A stretch of DNA of 64,000 nucleotides from Eubacteriales bacterium (GTDB lineage Bacteria > Bacillota > Clostridia > Oscillospirales > SIG627). Shown here in pieces: positions 33,890 to 43,506 of this stretch (positions within the stretch are counted from its first letter, which is position 1; the number at the start of each line of letters is the position of its first letter). The notes below the pieces were generated by a model. That model made no database searches. It was not told where the DNA came from and saw only the letters and a program-made list of their open reading frames with translations. The translations under genes were made by a program, and so were the position numbers. Where the stretch lies: assembly GCA_045602025.1 (NCBI GenBank), contig JAZSAT010000004.1, forward strand, positions 7,464 through 71,463. Direction: 5' to 3'.

Positions 33890-35263
33890 TTATGCTTTTT
33901 TCTTGTGAAGAATGATGTTTACGATGATACCGAAGATCAAAGCGCAAGCGATAGCAGTGATGGTAACCTTGCCGATCTGCATTGCCATACCGCCGATACC
34001 GGAAATAAGAATCGCGGAAACGGTAAAGAGGTTTGCATTGTCACCAAGGTCCACCTGCTGGATCATCTTCAGACCGGAAACTGCAATAAAGCCGTAAAGG
34101 GTAATGCAAACACCGCCCATTACGCAACCGGGGATAGAATCAAGGAATGCCACAAAGGGAGAAACAAGTGAAATGAGAAGTGCCATAATGGCGGTGGTGG
34201 TAATGGTGGCAACGGAAGCGTTTCTGGTGATTGCAACACAGCCTACGCTTTCACCGTAGGTGGTATTGGGGCAACCGCCGAAGATCGCGCCGGCAAAAGA
34301 GCCGATACCGTCACCGAGAAGGGTGCGGTGAAGTCCCGGATCCTCAAGAAGCTCACTGCCGATAATGGTAGAAAGGTTCTTGTGGTCTGCAATGTGTTCT
34401 GCAAATACAACGAATGCTACGGGAACGTAAGCCACTGCAACGGTAGCAAGATAGGAAAGATCAAAGTCTTTAAATGCACCCAGTGCGGTCAGGAAGGTAA
34501 ATTCAGGAATTGCAAAGAAGGTGCCGATGCCAACGCCCTCTGCAACCAGTGCCTTGAAGGGAGCAAAATCAAGGATCTTCAGCGCGTCAATATCTGCCGC
34601 ACCGCCGATCAGGGTGAAAACAAGTGCAACTGCGTAGCCTGCAAGGATACCGATGATAAAGGGAACAAGCTTTACCATTTTCTTGCCGTAGGTAGAGCAA
34701 AGGGTAACAACGATAAAGGTAACAATCGCACAGATAAAGGATACCCAGCTAAAGCCCGACATGATAAATGCACTGCCGTCAGCAGTTTTTGCACCGTAAG
34801 AGAATACGTCGTTGATGGCTGCACCTGCAAGGGAAAGACCAATGAGGGCTACGGTAGGTCCGATGACAACGGGAGGCATGAGCTTATTGATCCAGCCAAC
34901 ACCAACCAGTTTTACAACGATAGCGATCACTACGTATACAAGACCTGCAAAAAGCGCACCGATGATCAGGCCGAGATAGCCGAGAGCCGTGCTGGCAGCG
35001 CCTGCAAAAGCGGCAACCATAGAACCGATAAATGCAAAGGAGGAACCAAGGAATACGGGACTGCGGAACTTGGTAAAGAGCTGATATACCAAGGTACCGA
35101 TACCGGCACCGAAAAGAGCCGCAGATGCACTCATTCCGTTACCTACAATCGCGGGAACCGCAATGGTAGCTGCCATGATGGCAAGAAGCTGCTGAATCGC
35201 AAAGATGATCAGCTGACCGAATTTCGGTTTGTCTTTTACGCCGTAGATAAGCTTGTTTTCCAT
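33890..35263 (-). CDS. pyrP: uracil permease (NCS2 family)
   Basis: 457 aa with NCS2 motifs. Directly upstream of upp. Confidence 0.8.
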   Translation of the reverse strand: MENKLIYGVKDKPKFGQLIIFAIQQLLAIMAATIAVPAIVGNGMSASAALFGAGIGTLVYQLFTKFRSPVFLGSSFAFIGSMVAAFAGAASTALGYLGLIIGALFAGLVYVVIAIVVKLVGVGWINKLMPPVVIGPTVALIGLSLAGAAINDVFSYGAKTADGSAFIMSGFSWVSFICAIVTFIVVTLCSTYGKKMVKLVPFIIGILAGYAVALVFTLIGGAADIDALKILDFAPFKALVAEGVGIGTFFAIPEFTFLTALGAFKDFDLSYLATVAVAYVPVAFVVFAEHIADHKNLSTIIGSELLEDPGLHRTLLGDGIGSFAGAIFGGCPNTTYGESVGCVAITRNASVATITTTAIMALLISLVSPFVAFLDSIPGCVMGGVCITLYGFIAVSGLKMIQQVDLGDNANLFTVSAILISGIGGMAMQIGKVTITAIACALIFGIIVNIILHKKKA

Positions 35264-35324
35264 AAAAACCTCTTATTCTATTTTTAAATTTAGAGCAAAA
35301 AAGTGTTTTTGCCCCATCGGCGAC

Positions 35325-35353
35325 ATTATATCACATATTCATTATTTTTTCAA
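35325..35353 (-). promoter_or_regulatory. extended -10 promoter of the pyrP-upp operon
   Basis: Minus strand: TTGAAA, 17-nt spacer, TGaTATAAT. Confidence 0.5.
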
Positions 35354-35413
35354 ACAAAATTCATCTTTTTTCAAAAAAATTTTTCACCTTTTTTTGTGCA
35401 CTTTGCCATCAAA

Positions 35414-35512
35414 GTAAAAACCCGCTTTCTTTTGAGAAAAAGTGACACCCCAAAACTTGTTTTAGCAGGTGAAACTTTCGCCGGTGAGAAAGCGGGCAAA
35501 GAAAACTTATCC
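35414..35512. repeat. repeat module: 9-bp inverted arms CCCGCTTTC/GAAAGCGGG enclosing the CAAAACTTGTTTTAGCAG motif, followed by CAAAGAAAACTTA
   Basis: Arms at 35421-35429 and 35488-35496. GTAAAAACCCGCT is an inverted copy of the AGCGGGTTTTGC end of copy B. Confidence 0.55.
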
Positions 35513-35540
35513 CTTGAAAAAGTTTTAATGCTTTTTTGTT

Positions 35541-35577
35541 AAAAGCTTTTTGGGTACCTTTTTCTCGAAAAAGGTAC
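35541..35577. repeat. dispersed hairpin-family copy (GTACCTTTTTCTCGAAAAAGGTAC)
   Basis: 10-bp arms around CTCG, with an AAAAGCTTTTTGG flank. Confidence 0.7.
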
Positions 35578-35578
35578 A

Positions 35579-35731
35579 ACGAAGTCACAGCGGGTTTCAC
35601 CAAAACCATAAAACGAAGCAAAACCCAGCGAGACAAGGCGCGCAAAGGAAATGTGAAGGAGTTTACTTCCGTAAATGACTGAACATTTCTCTGAAGCGGA
35701 ACGAAGTCACAGCGGGTTTTGCAAAGTTTTA
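35579..35731. repeat. ~150-nt structured repeat, copy B
   Basis: Perfect 19-nt terminal direct repeats ACGAAGTCACAGCGGGTTT at 35579 and 35701. Its last 3 nt are the GH3 stop codon. Confidence 0.7.
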
Positions 35732-38095
35732 TTCGAGGTGCGACATCATCGTAAGTATATGTTTCACCGCATCCCGCGCCGCATCGATGGTGATCTCACC
35801 GTCACGGAGATATTCCTCAGGATTTTTGGGATCCGGATCGGCAAAAGAACGCTTTGTGCACCAGTGGGGCATTTTTACATCACTTCCCGCAGAAAGCTCC
35901 GAAGCAATATCCGAAAGGACCCACCAGTCCGTCATCACAAGTCCTTCATAGCCCCATTCACCCCGCAAAATACCGCGGAGCAGATCCTCACAAGCAGCAG
36001 CAGGCGTACCGTTGACAATGTTGTAAGAGGTCATAATACACCAAGGAGATGCTTTTTTGATAGCGATCTCAAAGCCCTTCAGATAGATCTCCCTGAGAGC
36101 TCTTTCCGAAACTCTCGAATCCGCCTCTCTGCGATTGAGTTCCTTGTTGTTACAGCAAAAATGCTTGATGGTAGCGGCTACCCTTTGGCTCTGAATGCCG
36201 GAAACCGCCGCCGCACCCACAAGACCCGTGGTAACAGGATCCTCGGAATAATACTCAAAATTTCTGCCGCAAAGGGGGGAGCGGTGAATGTTCATACCGG
36301 GAGCAAGGTAAATGCCCGCGTTGTTTTCTTTTACTTCAAGAGCCTGGGTGGCACCTACCTTTTTAATAAGAGCAAGATCCCAGGTCTGGGCAATGGCAGT
36401 GCCGCAGGGGAAAAAGGTGCTCTTGATATCAGCCGAGGGTGTGGCACGGAAGCCCGCAGGGCCGTCGGCCGTGGGAATGGGAGGGATCCCCGTTACATCC
36501 GCAACACCGGAGGTCACTCTCACCCTTCTGTGAGCACCGATAAAGCCGGTGGAGGAGCTTAAGGGATTGGGATGACCGTAAAGCAATTCCAAAACCTCTT
36601 CATCGGTAAGAGAAAGGCAAAATTCATCAAGACGGTCCTCTTCCAAAGCGCGGATCAGAGTCATTCGCTCAGGATTTTCCACCCTTTTACCCGAAAAAGC
36701 ACGGGGCGGCATTTGTACCTTTTCCTTTTGGGGCAAGGCTTCGTATTCGCCGCTTGCAAGAAGTCTTCTTTCAAGCTTTGCGGGAGCAAGATAGGCCTTG
36801 CTCTTTTTTACAATCTTGTTTTCGGAAATTTCAAAGGAGAAGATTTCCTTTGAATCTCTTACATTGTTACCGAGAAAGATGCGGTAGCTACCCTTTTCCA
36901 AAACGAACGCACTTTCTTCGATCTTTCCCAGGTCGTCAAAGGAAGCATGATCGGAAAGAGCAAAGCGGAGATTTACAAGCACAGTTTCCCCGGGGGCAAT
37001 TTCCTTTGTTTTCACAAAGGCAGAAAGCTCTTTTGCAGGCTTACCCAAAAGGCCCTGGGGCGCGGAAAGGTACAGCTGTACCACTTCTCTTCCCGGTGCC
37101 TTTCCTTTATTCGTTACACGCACCCGGGCAGAAAATACCCCTTTTGCAAAAGAAGCCTTTTCACACGAAAGATCAAATTCCGTAAATCCCAAGCCAAAGC
37201 CGAAAGGATATACCACCTTTTCGGGACAGAAGGTCTCAAAATAGCGGTAGCCTACAAAAATATCCTCCTCATAGGCAGTAAAATCGGGGCTTTCCAAAAA
37301 GGTCTTCGTGGAGGGATAATCCTCGATCCTTTTTGCAAGGGTATGCTGAAGATGGCCGGAGGGATATTTTTTTCCAAGGAGAATATCTACAATGGCTTCT
37401 CCCGCCATGCTTCCGCCGAACAAGGGGTAAAGAAGTGCTCCTACCTTTTCATCACGGCAGAAGACCTCTGTTTCCACAGGACCGCAAACAGTCAGAATCA
37501 CGACTACAGAAGAAAAATCCTTTTCCAAGCGGGAAAGAAGGGAGATTTCCTCAGGCAAAAGGGCAAAGCCGCCCGCCTCTCCCTTTCGGTCAGAGCACTC
37601 GGAAGAATAACGGAGAATGGAAAAAAGGGCGATCCCGCCGAATTTTACCGCTTCGCCGTAAACCTTGTCGGAAATAGGAAAGGGCGCAAGGTCTCTTCCC
37701 ACCATCCAGCTTCTTCTTTCCTTTTCGGGAAGAAGATTTCCTCGCTCCATTTCCAGCGCGTATTCTTTTTTTCCTTCCTCGATCAAAGGATAAAACAGGG
37801 AGATCTCTCCCTTTTCATCGGCACTTTTCAACGCATCCGCAAGGGAGATCTTTACATCGGACAAAACATTTCCGCTGCCGCCGCCGCCAAAGAGAAACTC
37901 TCCCGTTCCTCTGCCGAACAGGCATACCCTCTCCCCTTTTTTCAAAGGAAGCGTACCGTCATTTTTCAAAAGCACGATCCCGTCAGTGGCTGCTTTTTTG
38001 GAAATTTCCATATGAGCCCGTGAAGCGGTCACAAGACGGCCGTTTTTCCCAAGAGGCTTTGCAGACTGAAACATATATCTTGAAAAGCGATGCAT
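35729..38095 (-). CDS. glycoside hydrolase family 3 (beta-glucosidase/beta-xylosidase-like)
   Basis: GH3 motifs (KHFCCNNKE, nucleophile region GLVMTDW) and a fibronectin-like C-terminus. Confidence 0.85.
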   Translation of the reverse strand: MHRFSRYMFQSAKPLGKNGRLVTASRAHMEISKKAATDGIVLLKNDGTLPLKKGERVCLFGRGTGEFLFGGGGSGNVLSDVKISLADALKSADEKGEISLFYPLIEEGKKEYALEMERGNLLPEKERRSWMVGRDLAPFPISDKVYGEAVKFGGIALFSILRYSSECSDRKGEAGGFALLPEEISLLSRLEKDFSSVVVILTVCGPVETEVFCRDEKVGALLYPLFGGSMAGEAIVDILLGKKYPSGHLQHTLAKRIEDYPSTKTFLESPDFTAYEEDIFVGYRYFETFCPEKVVYPFGFGLGFTEFDLSCEKASFAKGVFSARVRVTNKGKAPGREVVQLYLSAPQGLLGKPAKELSAFVKTKEIAPGETVLVNLRFALSDHASFDDLGKIEESAFVLEKGSYRIFLGNNVRDSKEIFSFEISENKIVKKSKAYLAPAKLERRLLASGEYEALPQKEKVQMPPRAFSGKRVENPERMTLIRALEEDRLDEFCLSLTDEEVLELLYGHPNPLSSSTGFIGAHRRVRVTSGVADVTGIPPIPTADGPAGFRATPSADIKSTFFPCGTAIAQTWDLALIKKVGATQALEVKENNAGIYLAPGMNIHRSPLCGRNFEYYSEDPVTTGLVGAAAVSGIQSQRVAATIKHFCCNNKELNRREADSRVSERALREIYLKGFEIAIKKASPWCIMTSYNIVNGTPAAACEDLLRGILRGEWGYEGLVMTDWWVLSDIASELSAGSDVKMPHWCTKRSFADPDPKNPEEYLRDGEITIDAARDAVKHILTMMSHLE

Positions 38096-38125
38096 ATATA
38101 TCCTTCTCCTTAAAATATTTTCTTC

Positions 38126-38154
38126 AGTATAACAAGAAAAAAAGGCATTTTCAA
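38126..38154 (-). promoter_or_regulatory. putative GH3 promoter
   Basis: Minus strand: TTGAAA, 17-nt spacer, TATACT. Confidence 0.45.
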
Positions 38155-38208
38155 TATCTTTTTCTTGAAAAAATTTGCCCTTTTCGCTTAAAGCTTACCC
38201 TTTTGGCT

Positions 38209-38244
38209 TAAAAAAAGAAGCCTTCTGCAAATGCAAAAGGCTTC
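38209..38244 (-). terminator. rho-independent terminator of htrA
   Basis: gaagccttctgca/tgcaaaaggcttc stem followed on the minus strand by T7. Confidence 0.75.
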
Positions 38245-38252
38245 CGCGATTC

Positions 38253-39587
38253 TTATTCTTCGGGGGCGTATTCGTCCAGGGTCACTTCCAGAGTCTGGGT
38301 CTTTCCGTCGCGGTAGACCTCTACCGTTACCTTGTCCCCTGCTTTGTATTTGTTTTTCGCATTGATCAGTTCATTGGCGGTCTTGACCTTGTCATCGTTG
38401 AGCTTTGTAATAATGTCTCCCACCTTGATCCCTGCCTTTTCGGCGCAGGAGTCTTTGCCCACCTCTTCTACGCGGGCACCGGGCATGGTCTCCACGATCA
38501 CTCTTCTGCCCCATTCGTCGGTGGTGTATTCATAGCCGGAGGAATCGGAAACGGCAATGCCGAAATTGGGTCTGCCGGTTACATAGCCGTGGGCAACCAG
38601 ATCCTTTGCGATCTCCATAGCATCGTTGATCGGAATGCAAAAGCCGATTCCCTCAACGCCTGTTGCCGCATACTTTGCGGAAGCAATTCCCACAACGGCA
38701 CCGGTGGCATCAAAGGCGGGACCGCCGGAATTGCCGGAGTTGATGGCAGCATCCGTCTGGAAGGTGGAAATATTGTATTCTCCCGTGTTGATCACACGGT
38801 TTACACCGGAAACAACGCCTGTGGTCAAGGTAAAGGTCAAATCTCCCAAGGGGTTGCCGATTACAAGGATATCATCGCCCACTTTCAGGTTGTCGGAATT
38901 GCCGATGGTTACATTTTTCAAATCATCTTTTTCAATTTTCAGAACCGCTACATCGTTGATGCTGTCCGCACCGATAAGCTTTGCGGTGTAGCTGTCGCCG
39001 TTTGAGAAGGTAACACCAATGTCCTGGCATTCTGCCACCACATGGTGATTGGTAAGAATATATCCGTTTTTACCGTCGATCACAAAGCCGGAGCCGGTGG
39101 CTTTTCCCTGAGGATAATTTGCTTCCACAAAAACCACGCTCGTTACATTTTTTTCGTAGAGAGCGGTAGCGGTCAAGGCCTTGCCGCTGTAATCCTCACC
39201 AACGATCAGGTGATTTCCGTCGGAATCAGGATTTTCACGAATGGGCTCGTTCTTATCGGTCTTCTCTTCCTCGGTCTTATTTTCCATCTCTTCCTTCTGG
39301 GTCTCTTCTGCATCGGGCGATGAAAACTCCAGGGCGCCGGAGGAGATCAGGCCCACAAGACCGAATACAAGCAAAAGATACAGTACCACAAGAGATGTGA
39401 TCACAATAAGGGTCTTATTCTTCTTGGGCTTTTTCGGCGGAGGCGTTACAGGGTCGTTCTGAGGAGGATAGCTGTAATGGTATTCTCCGAAGCCCTCTTC
39501 CTTCTTTTCCTCTGTGGGAGGGGTATATTCTGCTCTCGGTTCCTGAGGGGTATTTTCGTTTTCGGGAATCTGATTGTTCTCGTTCAT
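38253..39587 (-). CDS. htrA: HtrA/DegP-family serine protease with PDZ domain
   Basis: Start at MNENNQ (GGAG SD). Triad context TNHHVV, DVAVLKI, GNSGGP. TM anchor and C-terminal PDZ domain. Confidence 0.85.
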   Translation of the reverse strand: MNENNQIPENENTPQEPRAEYTPPTEEKKEEGFGEYHYSYPPQNDPVTPPPKKPKKNKTLIVITSLVVLYLLLVFGLVGLISSGALEFSSPDAEETQKEEMENKTEEEKTDKNEPIRENPDSDGNHLIVGEDYSGKALTATALYEKNVTSVVFVEANYPQGKATGSGFVIDGKNGYILTNHHVVAECQDIGVTFSNGDSYTAKLIGADSINDVAVLKIEKDDLKNVTIGNSDNLKVGDDILVIGNPLGDLTFTLTTGVVSGVNRVINTGEYNISTFQTDAAINSGNSGGPAFDATGAVVGIASAKYAATGVEGIGFCIPINDAMEIAKDLVAHGYVTGRPNFGIAVSDSSGYEYTTDEWGRRVIVETMPGARVEEVGKDSCAEKAGIKVGDIITKLNDDKVKTANELINAKNKYKAGDKVTVEVYRDGKTQTLEVTLDEYAPEE

Positions 39588-39651
39588 TGATTTGCTCCTT
39601 TTTCTTATTATCCAAATGATAAACCGGTAAAATGAATGCTCTTTGAATTTT

Positions 39652-40194
39652 TTATAAAGTGAACGCACTTCTGTTATAGGTACGAAGTGCCTTTTCTGCC
39701 TTGGGGGTCATTTCGAAAAACAGAAGCGTCTTTGCTCCCCCTTCTTCCGAAACAATGGCATACCAGGTGTTTTCTCCCGTGCGGGTAGAAGCACAAAAAA
39801 CCTCTTTTTTAATGCCGGGAAAGTCGGAAAGGGTATATTCCTTTCCGTTCACCTTGGCAATTTTTTCAAATTTTCCCCGGGGAACGGTATAAAATTTCTT
39901 GCGGCGGCTCTTGCCGTAAATCACCTCGATCTCCATTTCCCCGTCTGCAATGGTGTATTCATATTCAATGGATACAAATTGCCACAAATACCAAAAAAGA
40001 CAGGCAATCCCGATAAGAAGAACGGGAACCACACCGCCGGGAAGGGAAAGAAAGCTTAAGGCAAAGGTAACACCGCAAAGAGCGGCAATAAGAAGTACGA
40101 TCTTAATTTTTTTCGATAAAAGAATGCTCTGTTCCTTTAAGGGGACAAGATGTTCTACATACCCTGTCAAAAAATCATTTCCGTTTGTTTCCAT
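39652..40194 (-). CDS. membrane protein of unknown function
   Basis: 180 aa with two central TM helices. AAGGAG SD. Confidence 0.6.
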   Translation of the reverse strand: METNGNDFLTGYVEHLVPLKEQSILLSKKIKIVLLIAALCGVTFALSFLSLPGGVVPVLLIGIACLFWYLWQFVSIEYEYTIADGEMEIEVIYGKSRRKKFYTVPRGKFEKIAKVNGKEYTLSDFPGIKKEVFCASTRTGENTWYAIVSEEGGAKTLLFFEMTPKAEKALRTYNRSAFTL

Positions 40195-40374
40195 GGAAAA
40201 ACTCCTTTTTTTCTTTCCTCATATTTTATCATAGGAGACAACGCTTTTCAATGATTTTTTTAAAAATTCCCTTGGAAGGCTCTATTTTTTGTTCCAATTT
40301 TATAAAACATATTTTTTCACCTTTTGCGCAAATTAATCATGTCTGAAAAAGACAAAAAAATTCGGGAGCAATCT

Positions 40375-41562
40375 ATGACCAGAAAAATCGCAAAAGCCAC
40401 GCTTTCTTTTGTGATGATCCTCTATTTTGTATTCCTTTCCCTGTTCGGCTTTGCCGACTACCTTTATCCCGATACCGCAGGTCTCTACGCGGGGGATACG
40501 CTCTCGGGCACCCTTTGCTTTTCCTACGAAAGTAAAACGCCTGTTTTTTCGGAAAAAGGCTCCCTGACCCAAAGAGAAGAAGGAAAGATCTTAGCCTTCG
40601 GCATTCTTCCCATGAAAAATGTCAGCGTCCGTTACTACGAAAAAACAAATGTGGTCTGTGGCGGCGAGCTTTTCGGAGTTCGTATGAATACCAAGGGGCT
40701 TCTTGTTTGTGCCGTGGATGAGATCACCACGGAAAAAGGCACCCTTTCCCCCGGAAAAGATGCAGGCATCCGCCCGGGCGATATTCTCCTTTCCTGTGAC
40801 AGCGTTCCTTTAAATTCCGCCGCATCCTTTTCCAAGATCATTGCCAAAAGTAACGGAAAAGCCATTGATATCCATGTCAAAAGAGGGGAAGAGGACTTCT
40901 CCCTTTCTCTTACCCCCGCCTTATCCTCCGATAACAGCGGATATCGAGCGGGGCTTTGGGTGCGGGACGGTGCCGCGGGCATTGGCACCGTTACCTTTGC
41001 CGATCCGGTTACGGGAAATTTTGCAGGGCTTGGGCATGCAGTATGCGATTCCGAAACAGGCATCGCCTTTCCTTTGGATAACGGCACCGTCTGCCACGCC
41101 CTTGTGGAAAGCATCGTCAAAGGAAAAGACGGCACGCCCGGGGAGATCCGCGGAAAGCTGGAAAAGGAAACCACAGGTTCTGTTCTTGCCAACCTCCCCA
41201 GCGGGATCTACGGGCATTTTGACAGCAAGGGAGAAGAGAAGAGCCTTGTTCCCATCGGCCTAAAAAGCAATGTAAAGCCGGGGAAGGCCTCCATTTTCTG
41301 CACCCTCGACGAAAACGGAAAACAGGAATATGAAATCGAGATCGAAGAAATCCTTGAAAAAGACAGGGCAAATAAAAATTTCGTGGTCCACATCACCGAT
41401 CCCCGCCTGATCGAAAAAACAGGCGGCATCGTGCAAGGTATGTCGGGTAGCCCCATCATCCAGAACGGGCATCTGGTAGGCGCCGTGACCCATGTGCTCG
41501 TAGGCGATCCCACCCGGGGCTACGGCATTTTTATCGAAAACATGCTCACCGCTATGCCATAA
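40375..41562 (+). CDS. spoIVB: stage IV sporulation protein B (SpoIVB S55 peptidase)
   Basis: N-terminal TM helix, PDZ domain and catalytic GMSGSPI...GAVTHV. Start chosen at ATG 40375 (GGGAG SD); the ORF is open from 40324. Confidence 0.85.
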   Translation: MTRKIAKATLSFVMILYFVFLSLFGFADYLYPDTAGLYAGDTLSGTLCFSYESKTPVFSEKGSLTQREEGKILAFGILPMKNVSVRYYEKTNVVCGGELFGVRMNTKGLLVCAVDEITTEKGTLSPGKDAGIRPGDILLSCDSVPLNSAASFSKIIAKSNGKAIDIHVKRGEEDFSLSLTPALSSDNSGYRAGLWVRDGAAGIGTVTFADPVTGNFAGLGHAVCDSETGIAFPLDNGTVCHALVESIVKGKDGTPGEIRGKLEKETTGSVLANLPSGIYGHFDSKGEEKSLVPIGLKSNVKPGKASIFCTLDENGKQEYEIEIEEILEKDRANKNFVVHITDPRLIEKTGGIVQGMSGSPIIQNGHLVGAVTHVLVGDPTRGYGIFIENMLTAMP

Positions 41563-41620
41563 AGCCTCTTCGATCCCTTCATCACAATCCATTATAGAAC
41601 ACAAGATTGAATCAAGATTG

Positions 41621-41651
41621 AAAAAAGCACCGCAAAACTGCGGTGCTTTTT
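41621..41651 (+). terminator. rho-independent terminator of spoIVB
   Basis: gcaccgca/tgcggtgc stem followed by T5. Confidence 0.75.
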
Positions 41652-41736
41652 GTATATTCCCCTTCCTTTTCTATGCACTTGACTTTACGGGGATTTTCGG
41701 TAGAATATTGGTAAGAAAACAAATAAGGAATGACAG

Positions 41737-43341
41737 ATGAAAAGACTGATCGCACTTCTGATCACAATAACGGTAATTTTCTCTTTGTGCCCCTATAAAA
41801 AAGATGCCCCTTTTGTAAAGGAAAAGACAGCCGTCTCGGAGAATGCTTCCGTAACAACCACTGCAAAAAAAGAGTCTGCCGTCACGGAAGAGAGCATCCC
41901 CGAAAAAACACCCGAAAATATTCCTTCCACCACGACTAAAAAGAAGGAAAACAAGCCCGGGCAAGTGCCGGGGGCAACCACCAAAAGCCCTACCACGACC
42001 ACAAAAGCGCCCACGGGTGTGCAGACCCCTTCTCAAAACAACAATACGGACAACAAAAAGCCGAGGCCAAATTATCCCGACACCTTTTCCGTAGGCTACG
42101 GCACCGTTGATATTTCGGGAAATCCTTCCATCACACCCGTTGCCATCGACGGCGGAATCGCCTCCAGTATTCTCGATCCTCTGATGCTCACCTGCATTGC
42201 CGTTTGGGACGGAGAAGAGGTTGCCCTCATTATGACTGCAGACATAAAGAAAATGTTCGAATCTGTGGCAAACCATTCTTTTTCCATCATTGAAAAAAAT
42301 TTTGGCATTCCTCCGGAAAATATCATTATCAGTTGCACCCATACCCACTCCGCACCCTATACGGGAACGTCCGGCCAGGGAAAATCTCAATGGCTGCAAA
42401 ACTACTACAATCAACTTCCGAAAGCAGTGGATGCTGCGCTGAATGATCTGGATCCCGTGGTCGGTGCCTATACGGGAAAGGCAGATCAACCGGGCATCGG
42501 TTTTGTCCGCAGATACCAGCTTGCAAACGGCAGTTGGAAAATGAATCCTTCCGCCTCCGACAGGCCCGTAAGACACGAATCCGAGGCGGATCCCGAGATG
42601 CGCACCATCCGCTTTGACCGGCAGAACAAAAAAGACGTGCTTCTCGTCAATTTTCAGACCCACTACTACGGTGCCAAGGCTAAAAACAGTCTCTCCGCAG
42701 ACTTTGTAGCTCCCTTCCGCAAGAGTGCAGAAAAAGAATTTGACTGCCTATTTGCTTACTTTTCCGGTGCAAGTGCTGATATCAACCAGATTGCAAGACT
42801 TGCCGAAGATAAAGCAATTAAAGTCCCCGATGCAGACGCCGCCTTTATGAACGGGTTGGGAAACTGCATTGCTGCCGAAGAAAAGATCTCCATCGGCAAC
42901 CTTAAAATTCAGCACTACAGATACACCGCCCGGTGCAAAATTGATACTCCCGAAAAACTGAATCAAGCAAGAGAGGTAGCAAACGGAAGGGTTTCCCCTG
43001 CGACCTACGGCTTTGCAAGTGTCGATGAAGCAAGCTTTGCCGTCTATTACGGAAGTTCCGATCCCACCATGACCATTCCCTTCACCGTCATTGCCTTTGG
43101 CGATGTGGCTTTCGCTTCCGCAGCCTACGAAATGTTCCACGAACACGGCTCTTACGTGAGAAACAATTCCCCCTTCAAGACCACCTTCATTTGCACCTTA
43201 GCCCACGGGGTAAACGGCTACGTTCCCACTGCCATCGGCTACGAGCACGGCGGATACGAAACTTGGAACTGCCGCTTTGTACCCGGCTCGGGTGAAAAAT
43301 TCGCAAACGAAATCGTACGCCTTCTGCGAGCCTGCAAATAA
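41737..43341 (+). CDS. neutral/alkaline ceramidase-like hydrolase (secreted, possibly a lipoprotein)
   Basis: Signal peptide with Cys (VIFSLC) and a T/P/K-rich linker. The ISCTHTHSAP motif recalls the ceramidase_alk N-domain. Confidence 0.5.
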   Translation: MKRLIALLITITVIFSLCPYKKDAPFVKEKTAVSENASVTTTAKKESAVTEESIPEKTPENIPSTTTKKKENKPGQVPGATTKSPTTTTKAPTGVQTPSQNNNTDNKKPRPNYPDTFSVGYGTVDISGNPSITPVAIDGGIASSILDPLMLTCIAVWDGEEVALIMTADIKKMFESVANHSFSIIEKNFGIPPENIIISCTHTHSAPYTGTSGQGKSQWLQNYYNQLPKAVDAALNDLDPVVGAYTGKADQPGIGFVRRYQLANGSWKMNPSASDRPVRHESEADPEMRTIRFDRQNKKDVLLVNFQTHYYGAKAKNSLSADFVAPFRKSAEKEFDCLFAYFSGASADINQIARLAEDKAIKVPDADAAFMNGLGNCIAAEEKISIGNLKIQHYRYTARCKIDTPEKLNQAREVANGRVSPATYGFASVDEASFAVYYGSSDPTMTIPFTVIAFGDVAFASAAYEMFHEHGSYVRNNSPFKTTFICTLAHGVNGYVPTAIGYEHGGYETWNCRFVPGSGEKFANEIVRLLRACK

Positions 43342-43372
43342 CCTGCTTTTTTCTTTCAAAAGAAAGGTGCCG

Positions 43373-43393
43373 CCTCAAAACTTGTTTTAGCAG
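43373..43393. repeat. second copy of the CAAAACTTGTTTTAGCAG motif
   Basis: 18 of 18 positions identical to 35451-35468. Confidence 0.6.
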
Positions 43394-43421
43394 TTCGGAT
43401 GCATCTCCCTTTATAAAAACA

Positions 43422-43457
43422 GGCACTCGACAGGATCGGGTGCCTTCCTTTTCTTTT
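43422..43457 (+). terminator. rho-independent terminator
   Basis: ggcactcga/tcgggtgcc stem followed by a T-rich run. Confidence 0.65.
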
Positions 43458-43474
43458 CACTCTTCACTCTTCAC

Positions 43475-43506
43475 TAAAAAAAGCACCCTCTCGGGTGCTT
43501 TTTTTA
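43475..43506. terminator. bidirectional terminator (A7-hairpin-T7)
   Basis: agcaccc/gggtgct stem. Serves the minus-strand quinone oxidoreductase gene. Confidence 0.7.

Noticed and set aside
35448-35468. GTTTTAG-containing motif as a CRISPR repeat or tracrRNA remnant
   Set aside because: There are only two isolated copies 8 kb apart. There is no repeat-spacer periodicity and no cas genes in the window. The resemblance to type II repeats is limited to GTTTTAG.
41671-42663. 330-aa minus-strand ORF
   Set aside because: It overlaps the + strand ceramidase-like gene, which has an SD, a signal peptide and family motifs. The minus-strand frame is Gly/Arg/Cys-rich low-information sequence.
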